Positions 25,451 through 37,773 of a stretch of 64,000 bases of DNA are shown piece after piece; within the stretch, counting starts at the first letter, position 1, and each line of letters opens with the position of its first letter. Location of the stretch: positions 31,278,617 to 31,342,616 of the forward strand of contig NC_068982.1 in NCBI RefSeq assembly GCF_001194135.2, in the 5' to 3' direction. The notes beneath the pieces were generated by a model. That model was given only the letters and a program-made list of their open reading frames with translations. It searched no databases and had not been told where the DNA came from. The position numbers and the translations under genes were made by a program. Origin of the DNA: Octopus bimaculoides (lineage: Eukaryota).

Positions 25451-25512
25451 AACGAATATTCAAATTAATGTGCACAGGCGCTCAAACCATGGACACACGA
25501 GATATTGCTATT
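25451..25512 (+). CDS. Candidate internal exon (phase 1-0)
   Basis: Acceptor TTTTGTTTACTACAG, donor ATT|GTAAGC; ERIFKLMCTGAQTMDTRDIAI. Confidence 0.5.
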
Positions 25513-25695
25513 GTAAGCATTGCATACAATATACAAATGCTATTTACATTACACAGAATTAATGTATGGACCAGACTGCAATTACAATTATAAACAGCCG
25601 TATTAATACCACTAAACAAAATTCACAGTTTTTTTTTTATTTTTGTCACTCTCAATAATAAATCAATTAATACATAGAATTTTGCCTTGTAATAG

Positions 25696-25777
25696 CGTGT
25701 ACGCACCTCTTGTATTATTCCAGTACGCAAAGACACCTCAATAAAAAGAAATACCCTGCGTTACTTAGACAGTGAAG
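25696..25777 (+). CDS. Candidate internal exon (phase 0-1), in phase with 25451-25512
   Basis: Acceptor TTTTGCCTTGTAATAG, donor AAG|GTATGA; RVRTSCIIPVRKDTSIKRNTLRYLDSE; 183-nt intron between the two exons. Confidence 0.5.
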
Positions 25778-26600
25778 GTATGATCAAAGTATGTTTCAAC
25801 AACAGAAAAAGAACTGAACAGCCATATCCAATGGTCTGTATAAATAGCATACCGATATTTCAGTTGTTTTCATGATGATGAATATATTTTAACATCTGAA
25901 ACATTGGCATAATTATATTTTGAATTTTTTTAGCTGTTATTTCTAGTTTATATATGATCTTATTTTAAAATGAGTAACTTTAAACTAGTTATGATCACTG
26001 GTTGGGAAAACATGGCTTAACCATGATAACGTTATTGAAACTTTGATTCGAATGATAAGCACAATATCTACCATATACATAGAAATAACTTTAATATCAA
26101 TTGCTACTATATGTCCAAACATTGTGTTAGCAATGAATAATAAATTCTGAGTAATGAAAGCTAAATCGAACTAATCAAATATTCTTTGAAGTATCTGCAG
26201 CAATCTCTTCAAACTATCTAGACGTAATAAAAGACGTTGGATTACAAAGAGTATATAATACACTTAGATAGACAGGCTGTACCTCGCAGAACCAAACACA
26301 GCGTGAACCTACAGAGGAGATTTTAATTAACTCTTTGATCTGCTACGGGTAGCAGACATATCTCCTACCAATAACACATTACCAAATTAAAGTCAGAAGG
26401 ACGAGATATAAAATTGTATCCTAGATACACATAACGTCGAGATAGGATCGGTGAGAATGTCATGGATTTTTGATGTGTACGATCATTGCTAACTTTGCTT
26501 TAAAAAAAACATTCGACCAACAAATGCCAGACGACAGGATAATAGAAAATTCTCATTGAAAGAGCGACTTACGAAAAAATCATGACATGTAGGCGCAGGC

Positions 26601-26704
26601 GTGACTGTGTGTAGGAAGGTTGCTTCTCAACCACATGGTTTAAGTTTCAGGCACACTTGGCAAGTATCTTCTACTGCAACCTTTACTGCAGTAGAAGATA
26701 CTTG
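26601..26704 (+). mobile_element. SINE family 1 head ending in a fold-back inverted duplication
   Basis: AGGCGCAGGCGTGACTGTGTG..CCACATGG head; 18-bp perfect inverted repeat at 26661-78 / 26687-704. Confidence 0.8.
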
Positions 26705-27037
26705 GGCACAAAACTCAACAACAATAACACACGTAACAGCAACAACATTGAAACACTTCATAATATGAAACGCAATTACATATTAAGCCTATTCAAATTA
26801 TGATTAGTGTGCTGAAATTGTAAATGACTTCCAATAAATTAGTAACTACTACTACTACTACCAATACTGCTACAACGCATTTCTTTAGAAAATAACCTTG
26901 CCCGAACTATAAAAATCTTATAGCTATTTAGAAACATGAGTATCATGCTCCCCCCCCCCCCCATTTTAACTTAATATCTTTTAAAAGTCTTTCTTGGGAA
27001 AGGTTCTTATGCATATACAAATGTTGAGTCAAGTCGA

Positions 27038-27200
27038 CGATTTGGCAGAGACATTAAAACGGCAGATTGCCTTGTAATGTTCCCTCCGGGTCCCTGCATT
27101 CTGAGTACATTTACTACTGAAGTCAAACTTGTTTTACAGATTTTCGGGGCAGGTAAATTATGTAGCAGCCACGTGCTGGAGTCTATTTTACTATTCTCCG
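27038..27200 (+). mobile_element. Old SINE family 2 copy
   Basis: TTGGCAGAGACATTA..TTCTGAGT..TTTCGGGG..AAATTATGTAGCAG aligns loosely to 46756-46930. Confidence 0.5.
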
Positions 27201-27519
27201 TCTTTCTTTCTGCTTGACTGTCTGGGTTTTCTCTTTGTAGAGAAATGGATAGCCTGAGAAGGTTTAAAGCCTCATCGTTTTTAACATCTAAAACATGACG
27301 ACTGCTAGTGAGGACACCGAAAACTCCCAGAAATTATACCACCAAATGTTAAATATAGAATATGGATAGAATAGATGTATACATCTAGATTAATAAATCA
27401 TGCGATATTTACCCTTGTCGTGCAGTTATGGTTTATACACTTTTTCGAGGTCAGTGAATTTTCGTCACTGGAAAAAGTATATATGTATTTGCATTGGGAC
27501 CCCTTCGCATCGAAGATCG

Positions 27520-27578
27520 GTGATTGTCGTACGCTGACGAAGGGTAAATACCCAGAAAATCGAGTCCATGCGTATCAC
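27520..27578 (+). ncRNA. Type I minimal hammerhead ribozyme-like motif (Penelope type), degenerate
   Basis: Stem I GTGAT..CGTACG / CATGCG..ATCAC; CTGACGA (27534-40); stem II GGGT-AAAT-ACCC; GAAA (27555-58); ATCGA-GTC. Confidence 0.6.
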
Positions 27579-28392
27579 ATAAGATCAAGATGGGAAAGAT
27601 GAGTTCCCTTTGCAAATACCGACAGGGCACAGAGGTGTGTCAATAGCCAGCTGGAGGAGATGTTCTCCTGGGGCTAAAAGCAACAGTAACATTCACCCTT
27701 AGGGTTTAGCCGCATTTAAGTAGCAAATATACTTCACGTTATATATATATANNNNNNNNNNNNNNNNNNNNNNNNNNNNNNNNNNNNNNNNNNNNNNNNN
27801 NNNNNNNNNNNNNNNNNNNNNNNNNNNNNNNNNNNNNNNNNNNNNNNNNNNNNNNNNNNNNNNNNNNNNNNNNNNNNNNNNNNNNNNNNNNNNNNNNNNN
27901 NNNNNNNNNNNNNNNNNNNNNNNNNNNNNNNNNNNNNNNNNNNNNNNNNNNNNNNNNNNNNNNNNNNNNNNNNNNNNNNNNNNNNNNNNNNNNNNNNNNN
28001 NNNNNNNNNNNNNNNNNNNNNNNNNNNNNNNNNNNNNNNNNNNNNNNNNNNNNNNNNNNNNNNNNNNNNNNNNNNNNNNNNNNNNNNNNNNNNNNNNNNN
28101 NNNNNNNNNNNNNNNNNNNNNNNNNNNNNNNNNNNNNNNNNNNNNNNNNNNNNNNNNNNNNNNNNNNNNNNNNNNNNNNNNNNNNNNNNNNNNNNNNNNN
28201 NNNNNNNNNNNNNNNNNNNNNNNNNNNNNNNNNNNNNNNNNNNNNNNNNNNNNNNNNNNNNNNNNNNNNNNNNNNNNNNNNNNNNNNNNNNNNNNNNNNN
28301 NNNNNNNNNNNNNNNNNNNNNNNNNNNNNNNNNNNNNNNNNNNNNNNNNNNNNNNNNNNNNNNNNNNNNNNNNNNNNNNNNNNNNNNNNNNN

Positions 28393-28423
<31 letters not shown>

Positions 28424-28433
28424 CATACATATA

Positions 28434-28598
28434 TACGACGGGCTTCTTTTAGCTTCCGTCTACCAAATCCACTGAGAAGGCTTTGGGCAACCCGAGAGTA
28501 TAACAAGACACATTTACCCAAATTTCACACAATGAGACTGAAACCCGATCCATATGGTTGGGAAGCAAACTTGTTACCACGTAGCCACGCTTGCACCT
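28434..28598 (-). mobile_element. SINE family 1 5' half
   Basis: ACGACGGGCTTCTTT..TTCCGTCTACCAAATCCACT..ATGGTTGGGAAGCAA..TACCAC.TAGCCAC. Confidence 0.8.
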
Positions 28599-28681
28599 AT
28601 ACCTATATGGATGTGTGCGTTTGCGTGTTAGCGTGCTTGTGTGTTTGTGTGTGTAGGTATGTTTATATATATATTTATCTA

Positions 28682-29206
28682 ACTTCTGTGATGAGGCATT
28701 AAAGGAGGCAGTTTTAGGGTTCTTGAACGGAATCCATGGTCTCGTGAATGCAATTTCTGGTGGTTTTCGGTACGTAACTTGCAACCAATATTCCTTAAAT
28801 CCCAAACTGTCACATTCTTGGAGGTCTCACAATCGGATCGTCTCTTCCTTGGCGAAGGGTCCTTAAGGAATAGTCAAACCGTGTCCACATGACGGCCTAA
28901 CTTCTCCGCAGTGACATGAAGAGCAGTGCCTTCAGCACGTTCCTTTATGATGACATACTTTCTTCATCATTAAGAACGTTTTCACGTCTCATTGTTCTTA
29001 GAGAGGAGAGACGCTATTAGCGTTGTTGCGCCAAAACCTGAAGAATCTGAAATAAAAAAGGAAGGGCATCACACAGAATAACGAAAACATAACAATGGTG
29101 TTGTCATAGTGTGCAAACCAACTGGTAAAAGTTTATTCAAAATTGATTGGCAGAATACCGAGGAATCCTAAATTTCACTCCTAAGGAATTAGCGTGGTTC
29201 TGGGTG
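28682..29206 (-). mobile_element. Tc1-like transposon 5' half (TIR and transposase HTH), pseudogene
   Basis: TA|CACCCAGAACCACGCTAA terminus; MRR..EKYVIIKERAEG..AEKLGRHVDTV*LFLKDPSPRKRRSD..PKTTRN. Confidence 0.75.
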
Positions 29207-29347
<141 letters not shown>

Positions 29348-29440
29348 AAGGGCTACGCCCGAAACGTCATACACTCTCTCTTTCCTTTCCTGAGCGTCCA
29401 GTAATACTATCCATATCACGTCCTCACCTTGTTGTTTTTT
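29348..29440 (+). mobile_element. Penelope-like pLTR end with a 5'-truncated hammerhead (stem II, GAAAC, GTC)
   Basis: AAGGGCTACGCCCGAAACGTCA; the CTGANGA box is missing, replaced by (TA)n. Confidence 0.6.
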
Positions 29441-29782
29441 TGTTTTTTTGTTATTGTTTTTTTTAACTATATATATATATATGTTTGTATGTGTGTATAC
29501 ACACACACACGTTTTTACATATATATTTGATGGGGGCGTATGTCGATTATATTGACTCAGTATATTCTTTCTTTTATCGACTCCGGAAGGATAGAAAGTT
29601 AAGTCAATCTGGTCGAGAATATTTGAAAGATTAATCCATAAGAAGAAACTATCGTCATAAGCATCAACAAGAACATGAATGAAGTGCATATGGATAAGTA
29701 GCAACATGTGAGTAACAGAGATAATAATAAACAACGGAGTATATGAGTTTATTTGTTATTTTTGTATTTTATTTTTGAGTTG

Positions 29783-29959
29783 TGATGATGAGGACAACAA
29801 CGACAATAAGAACGGTAATGATGATGATGATGTGGAGGAGGAGGAGGATGAAGATGATAATGATGAAGATGATAATGATGATGAGGATAATGATGTTGAT
29901 GACAACGATAATGACGACGACGACGAAGATGACGATGATGACGATGATGACAATGATGG

Positions 29960-30013
<54 letters not shown>
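29783..30013. repeat. (GAT/GAC/GAG)n compound trinucleotide repeat
   Basis: Directly visible; source of the poly-D/H/S/I/M ORFs. Confidence 0.95.
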
Positions 30014-30842
30014 CAAGAACTATGATTTCTATTGAGAATCTCAGAAATCTCCTGCTCAAAGATAAGACTTAAGGCAGTCAAAACGATCAACCCGGCATTG
30101 AGTATATGCACATAGTACTCAACATAGCATCAATTCACCTTATTTAAACTAACCAGAGCCAGGATTCTGACCAATCCGATTGTACTTTATTTTCGAGCTT
30201 CATCTCATTACATACAGAACATAAAACATGTTATTACTGAATGAAAATAACTAGAATTCGTTGACGGAGACTTCATTGATGCATTGGACAAATGAAGATG
30301 TTTACCTAGATGATTCCTTACACGTTCATAAATAATTTCTCATGAGATTGAATATATTTCCATAGTGTACGAGTTTAGATGTGAAGATGGTGATGATTTC
30401 TGTTTCGAATTTGTTTATTTTTTAATTTTTTGTAAACATTGGACTTCAGTCATGCTGAGACGAAGCATTCAAGGATTTCTTTTATTCAATCATATTGACT
30501 TTTGCACATATAACACTAAGTCACGTGTGAAGACACGACGCCAGTTTTGAAAGTTTTAACGTACACAAACGCACAAAGACATAGAAAAACGTACATCATT
30601 CACATATACATACTGCTCATATATACAAGCACACATGTATATACATGATTATACATACATGATTATATATACATGCATGTATATACGGTAAAATTATTGC
30701 GAGTTTCTGTATCCCAATACACCTAATTGCTTTACATTGTCGCTCAACACAGAATCACTTGTTAACATAGCTAACTTCAGAATCACACATGCACCTATTA
30801 TATACAAGCATTTTGAATTTGGTGATGCATAACTTCTACCAG

Positions 30843-30887
30843 CCCTTCTTGACCTTGACCTGACCTATGTTCAGAAGCTTTTCTGCT
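30843..30887 (+). CDS. Candidate small internal exon (phase 1-1)
   Basis: Acceptor ATAACTTCTACCAG, donor GCT|GTGAGT; 45 nt encoding LLDLDLTYVQKLFC; phase compatible with 25696-25777. Confidence 0.35.
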
Positions 30888-31149
30888 GTGAGTAATATAT
30901 CCTTCCTTTTTTAAAATGACAGGTTTAGACGTTGAGTAGAAATTACATGCTTTTTTTTTCTTGCCAGTTGTGAAGTAACTTAGAGACTTTCGCGTTAGTT
31001 CGTTTGTTGGGAATACATTTCGCTGGTCAACTGTTTTGCATTTTCTTGGTGGAATCTGTTTTTAATGCTTTAGTTGATACTTTGTTGATTTCAATATTAT
31101 ACATTAGTTATTATTGCAATATTATTGAGCCCCTTTCCCAGAGCAGTTG

Positions 31150-31290
31150 GAGGGAGGCAAAATTCAAAACAGCTTGCGATAAAACGGAGTGTGACATTAA
31201 ACTCCGTACTTTTATCGTCTGAGTTCGCTTTCAACTCTGGTCAATTTCGATATTATCTTTTTATGAGACAATAAATTTAGTAACATTGTA
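31150..31290 (+). mobile_element. Old SINE family 2 remnant
   Basis: CGTACTTTTATCGTCTGAGTTCGCTTT..GGTCAATTTCG..ATAAATTTAGTA loosely matches the family 2 body. Confidence 0.4.
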
Positions 31291-32276
31291 ATAATGAACC
31301 TCCTTTTAATCGACTATACCAGACCATCAATATTCATGATCTTGTTGTTATTGTTGTTTGCGAATGTAGTTTCTTTGTAATACCAGCTCAGCGCTAATTG
31401 ATCAAATATCTGATTGAAAGTTATTTAGGCATAACCATTTGTTTTGAGAGTTATCAAGGACCACGTAATATAAATTATCGTTCATCGATTTACAACGATG
31501 GGATGATTTGAGAATGATGTGGCTGCTGCCTCTAACAAGCGCGGCCACAATGTAGAGGCTCCTTCGGTGTTTGATTTTCGATTGACATTGCTATCGTAAT
31601 CTTTTGTAAATTTCCTTGATTTTACTGGGGTTTCATAACGCCTTCGTAAACTTGAACATGGTTGCAGTTACGTACCTAATCTTAACCAACATGTCTTTAT
31701 TTGTTTCGAGCAAAATATTTATACGTCATTTAAGTTTTTAGTGGCTTTAAGGTGGGACTTGAAGAAGAGAGAGATTCAGCTGGCATTTCTATTAGATCAA
31801 TCAACTACAAATAGACTCACGATCCACAAGTTGTTATGGTGTTGTTCGCAACGCTACTTTTGATAATATTATAGATGTTGTTTATGTTAATACAGTTAAT
31901 GCAGTAACGTTACTGGTAATAATCTTGTTGTCGATGCTAGCAATATTTTGATTGCCATTGTGGAAATACAACAGCTGTTGGAAGTTATTGTCGGTGTCCA
32001 TTTTTGAGCTTGTTCATGTTGGTATTTTTATAACCGAGTTTCATTTTCTTGAGGTTACTCTTATAACTAATAATGTACGCTTTATGTTGTGGCTACAAAT
32101 ATCGCATATTTTAATCATGTATTTGTTATTTTTTCTACTACTGTTGATGTAGCTTTCGTTAAATTGGACAGAAGATTGGAAGAAAATAAAGTTATAAAAG
32201 TTATTTTAAAATCTATTGAAACACAGTATATTAAGTTTGTCTCTAGTGTTTTTGTCAGATAGAACTATCGTTGCTC

Positions 32277-32582
32277 TTATGATGATGATGATGATGATGA
32301 TGATGTTGTTGTTGTTGTTATCCTCAAAATCATCATCACTGCTTCCATTACTATCAGCACCACCACCACCAATAACAACAACAACAATAACACCACCACC
32401 ACCACCACCACCACCACCAAAACATCACCATAGTCATCGTGATAAATTTCATTATCATTATTATCATTATTCACAGCAGCATTTTTATAATTCGTGAATT
32501 AGTATACGTGTACTTCGTTGATTTCAGTAGCACGTAAAATAGTGATAGTGGTGGAAATGGTACTCATGTTGGTGCTGTTGTA

Positions 32583-32615
<33 letters not shown>

Positions 32616-32700
32616 GGTGTTGGTGGTGGTGGCGGTGGTGGTTTTTGCGGCGGCGGCGATGGTGGTGGTGATGATGATTACGATAAGGAGGAGTAGGGAG
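32277..32700. repeat. Degenerate (GAT)/(GTT)/(CAC)/(GGT) trinucleotide tracts
   Basis: Directly visible. Confidence 0.9.
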
Positions 32701-32960
32701 TTGATCGGAGTGGTGGCTATCATGCTGAGTTATGTCAAAAAATAACTCAAGAAGAGAGAAACAAGCATGACAACAAAAGAAATGGCGGAAAGATATTTCA
32801 CCATCAAAATAAACTTTTTGAAAAATAGCATGTGTCTATCAGTGTGTCCTTTGCGTTTGAAATAATGTTTAAATAAGGCCAAATGCATCAAAACTCAATA
32901 ATATGCTTAAAATACATGAATATGATGCAGTTACGTTTATGTTTCAAATCTGAAACGAAT

Positions 32961-33331
32961 GGGCGCAGCAGTGGCTGTGTGGTAAGTAGCTTGCTTACCA
33001 ACCGCATGGTCCCGGTTCAGTCCTACTGCGTGGCACCTTGGGTAAGTATCTTCTACTATAGCCTCGGGCCGACCAAAGCTTTGTAAGTGGATTTGGTAGA
33101 CGGAAAATGAAAAGAAGCCCGTCATATATATGTATATGTGTGTGCTTGTGTGTCTGTGTTTGCCCCCCCCCCGCCCCAACATCACTTCACAACCGATGCT
33201 GGTGTGTTTACGTCCCCGTAACTTAGCGGGCGGTTCGGCAAAAGAGTCCGATAGAATAAGTACTAGGCTTACAAAGAATAAGTCTTGGGGTCGATTTTCT
33301 CGACTAAAAGCGGTGCTCCAGCATGGCCGAG
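32961..33331 (+). mobile_element. SINE family 1, full length (tRNA-derived head, CR1/L2-like tail)
   Basis: Head GGGCGCAGCAGTGGCTGTGTGGTAAG..GGTTCAGTCC (A/B-box-like); tail GCGGTGCTCCAGCATGGCCG. Confidence 0.9.
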
Positions 33332-34676
33332 AATGAATTAAGAAATATTTTTAAGATTGAAAGCACGTTTATAGAAGTGCTGTTTATCAATACAGTGCTT
33401 CTATAGTATGTAAATATGTGTATATGCATCTGTGCATACATACCAATATAAAGCACATAGAAACATATCAACTTAGGTAGATAAATTATGCATTCACTTT
33501 CACAAATATGTGAATACTTACCAAACGCATAAACACGCACATATTTCCATAACTACTATAGTTACATATTTCTACCAAATAATAAGAACAAGACGTTACA
33601 GTGTCTAGAAATAATACTTATTTATTCAATAGTTTAATTATTAAGTACTGTATATGTTTCGCGGTTACAATCTTGTAAAAGAGTCTTTTCATAAAGTGCT
33701 TAATAAGTATACGAAGATGTAATATTTGCTCGAAGTCTGATATCAGCCGTTTCGATCTTTTCTATCTTCACTAGGAGAGGTATAGGCTCTAAACTGGTCA
33801 TCAAGTTTCTTTTATAGAATATTCAACTGAGCCAGAGGCAAAATAATGAACTTATATGTCATAATGCAATGAAATGGAATGGTACTGTTTAGTAATGTTA
33901 CTACACTTACTGACTGCGAAAATGCGAAAGACAAGTTCAAACAAACCTCTTCAGAATTTGAACTCATTACGTAAAAAGCACAAAACTAATAGTTTACCAA
34001 ATGTTTTAAGGACTCTACCATTTCGTGGCCTTTGGCTTGATAAATATTCTTGTGCTATAAATAATGGAGAGCTGGTCAATACTGTAAGGGAATGTGAAAA
34101 TAGTATACTGTAACAACTAGGTTAAATATGTATGAAATATGGATGTAGTTCATATGTTTGATATATGTATTCCAGCACATTTTCTCACCATGAAATGCAG
34201 TGGTTTTTTGAATGTTAGTAATTTTGGCAAATCTTATCCTGAATATGACGCTACACTGTGAAAACACAGCACCAATAATCCGATTCAATTCCTGATGCAA
34301 CATCTGATTATCCAGTATTCTAATAACTTCGACGTATGTAACCGTATCTCGGTCCATACTTGTGTTAAATCTGTACAATACTCCTACTGTATTTTTACTA
34401 AACATCTTTTTCTCTATTTTTATTTTCTTCTTTGGTTTGGAACTATGTATAACATTCCCTGAACTAATTTTCCTTTTCTGTTTTTTTTTCATTTTATTTA
34501 TTTTATTTATTCTTTTGTTTTGTTACAGATATTGCAAGTGTAGCGTCTCTCCACTTTAATTTATTACGAGTTTGTCCAACCTAGACTATAATGTCAGCTA
34601 AAATTACCTCTTTCTCACGCAATATCTGCATATGGATGCGTGTATATGTTAGTGATTGTGCATGCATGAATGTGTG

Positions 34677-34677
<1 letters not shown>

Positions 34678-34752
<75 letters not shown>
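34678..34752. repeat. (TA)n microsatellite
   Basis: Directly visible. Confidence 0.95.
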
Positions 34753-34757
<5 letters not shown>

Positions 34758-35827
34758 TTATAGGTATATGTGTGCATGGATCCATATATCACGGCAAAGT
34801 AAAACTATGCCCTCATTTAATATCAACACTCATATTTCAGTTAATAGTGCTAACATTTGATATGGATATGCTTGACGCATGCAGAAGTATATCAATATAT
34901 ACTAGATGTATACAAATAGCAATTCCGCTTATAGTAGTAATATTTGTTATATCAGTATATGAGTTCAGTATTTGATTAAATCCTTCGCTTTGTAAACAGA
35001 CGATTTCTATATTCAATTTGAAAATATTTGATTTCATCAATTGTCTAAACAGTCATTATCGCTTTTTGTTACACAGAAAGTGTCTGACACATAACGAATG
35101 TGTCAGGTATTCAAAATCAACTCCAGCCATTTGAACATGAAACAAATGTAGCTTACGAGGGTAACTTCCCGTGGTTGCTCGACCTGATAGAGACAGCAGC
35201 CAAATTGTCTGAGAAAAGGAAAGTAGATATGTAAGGGGCATGCATGGAATTATCTTTCATTATGTCAGCTCAAATTTTACAGGGGAATAAAATCGCAAGA
35301 ACAACAAAGATTACATCAGCGTCAAGTTAGAAAATAGGTGACCGTAAACTTATACTTCAAACTTTAATGGGAATTTACGATACAACAACATCAAAAAATA
35401 CCAAGAAGCTTTACGAATGTCTGTTAGCGTATTGCAGACATATAACGTAAATAACTACGTTACAAAATCTAAACAAGTCAATATTAAATAGAGGAAATAA
35501 TATAGAGAGGTATTGAAATATTTGTTAATGTAAGTAAGGAGCGTTTTTAAGAAAGATTTTGCAAATGTACGCTTGCTTCGTATTAATCTTTAAATTGAAT
35601 ATCTAAAAGCGACTTGCCTATAATATTAATAGCATGAACATACTCAAAATAAAGAAAGACGAACTACATGTTCAATGCAATTCAAGTTCAAACATTATTA
35701 GAAATAAACAGACTTTTCACTACGCTGAGCTTGACAAAATACATGCCAGCAATATCACGTGTGTTTTGTTCTTTACCCTGTTACATAATTTCTCCTACAA
35801 CAGCATCCTTGGGTGAAATGAACATAA

Positions 35828-36460
35828 TTTTATCGACTACAGGCACAAGGTCTGAAACTTTTTGGGAAGGGATAATCGAGTCACTTATTTCATTTACCCT
35901 GAAAGGATGAAAGGTAAAGACGACTTTAGCGAAATTTGAACTCGTAACACGAAGCCGGACAAATATTCTTTTCTACTCAAGGCACAAGGCCCGAAAGTCT
36001 TGGGGAGGGACGCCAGTCGATTAAGTCGACTCCAGTACGCAACTGGTACTTAATTTATTGACGCCGAGAGGATGAAAGGCAAAGTCGATCGCGATGGAAT
36101 TTGAACTCAGAACATAAAGACAGACGAAATACTGTTAAGCATTTCGCCATGAATTCTAACGTTTCTTATTTCTTTATTGCCCACAAAGGGCTAAACATAG
36201 ACGGGGCAAACAAGGACAGACAAAGGAATTAAGTCAATTACATCGCCCGCAGTACGTAACTGGTACTTAATTTAACGACCCCTAAAGGATGTAAAGCAAA
36301 GTGGACCTCGGCGGAATTTGAATTCAGAACGTAACGGCAGACGAAATACCGCTAAGCGTTTCGCCCGGCGTGCTAACGTTTCTGCCAGCTTGTCGCCTTA
36401 AAACCGGACAAAATACTGCCAAACATATTTTCGATGTGCTAGTGATTCTGTCAGTACGCT
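35828..36460 (-). mobile_element. Three nested SINE family 2 copies (old B > B > A)
   Basis: Old B split at CCGGACAAA (35956-64 and 36404-12); B at 35967-36165; A at 36166-36399, joined at CTAACGTTTC. Confidence 0.85.
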
Positions 36461-36844
36461 AAAAATAACATTACAATTAACTCTAAAAAAAAAAATTTAT
36501 ACTTACTTCCACTATATAAATATTTCCCTGGCTTGAGCATGAATTTGTCATAGGTAAGATTTCCAAAGATTCAGACACTTATAATAATGTGTCTGAATCA
36601 GCCTGTTAAAAGAAAATTATTGAGAAACAAAAATNNNNNNNNNNNNNNNNNNNNNNNNNNNNNNNNNNNNNNNNNNNNNNNNNNNNNNNNNNNNNNNNNN
36701 NNNNNNNNNNNNNNNNNNNNNNNNNNNNNNNNNNNNNNNNNNNNNNNNNNNNNNNNNNNNNNNNNNNNNNNNNNNNNNNNNNNNNNNNNNNNNNNNNNNN
36801 NNNNNNNNNNNNNNNNNNNNNNNNNNNNNNNNNNNNNNNNNNNN

Positions 36845-36888
<44 letters not shown>

Positions 36889-37698
36889 CATGTGCGTGTG
36901 TGTGTGTGTGTGTGTGTGTATTTATATGTATATATATGACTAATATATTAACGCAGAAATTTGTAGTACTCTTGTGCTGCAGTACGTGTTCAATAACAAA
37001 AACAAAACAAAGAAAAGGAATAGAAACATTAGGAAAAAGCATATTTTTACCCCCCAAAAAAAGCTGCACAAAATATCGGAATCTTTCCATAATTTATGAC
37101 GTTTTAGATCACAATGTGATCAAATTTTATCGATTAAGGAAGATAATTGAAGACACGTCACTAAATCTATATACCAAGCAAAGTTTCAAAATGTTATAAG
37201 AAATCTATAAACCAGTCAAGATTTTAGAATGCTTGATTAATTGATAAATGAGAAGAATCGATAACAGTGAATGAAGACAAGAGAGAAAACTCGGACAAGT
37301 TAATATCTGATTGTGGGAAATATTCCACTTGAATTTGAAATGTTTGTAAAAGGAAGATGTATAAATTTCAAGATTAATCACTTCCTTAAACTATGAAATG
37401 AAGACTTGTTACCTGGTTTCCTCATTAATGTTATGGAAAGCTTCTTAAGCTGTCAATTCTTCCTGTCCATTTTATTATCTTGTTTTCTCATTAGACTAAT
37501 CTAAGTCTTCTATAATTATTACTAATACCAATCCATTTTATGGCCTCGTTTTCTCAATTAAACAGTTTATCGGTTTTATTTTACTGAGCTTACTTTTTCT
37601 TCTTCAAAGATGTAATCGGATGTGTGTATATGTATTTTCTTCTAATATAATTAAAAGAAATTACACCTTTTTATTTTCAACGCAAATTATATGAAATG

Positions 37699-37701
<3 letters not shown>

Positions 37702-37761
<60 letters not shown>

Positions 37762-37773
37762 TGTGTGTGTGTG
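37702..37773. repeat. (TG)n microsatellite
   Basis: Directly visible. Confidence 0.95.

Noticed and set aside
26190-26450. Frame interrupted only by TAG stops (possible A-to-I readthrough to Trp)
   Set aside because: The peptide has no recognisable homology and no editing duplex was identified; chance is sufficient.
29749-30111. Signal-peptide-like start followed by poly-His (and poly-Asp/Ser ORFs)
   Set aside because: A (GAT)n-type microsatellite is open in several frames on both strands; no independent coding evidence.
34076-34492. 138-aa minus-strand ORF and competing exon calls
   Set aside because: Plausible splice sites exist on both strands, the N-terminus comes from a T-rich tract, and I recognise no homology; it cannot be resolved from sequence alone.
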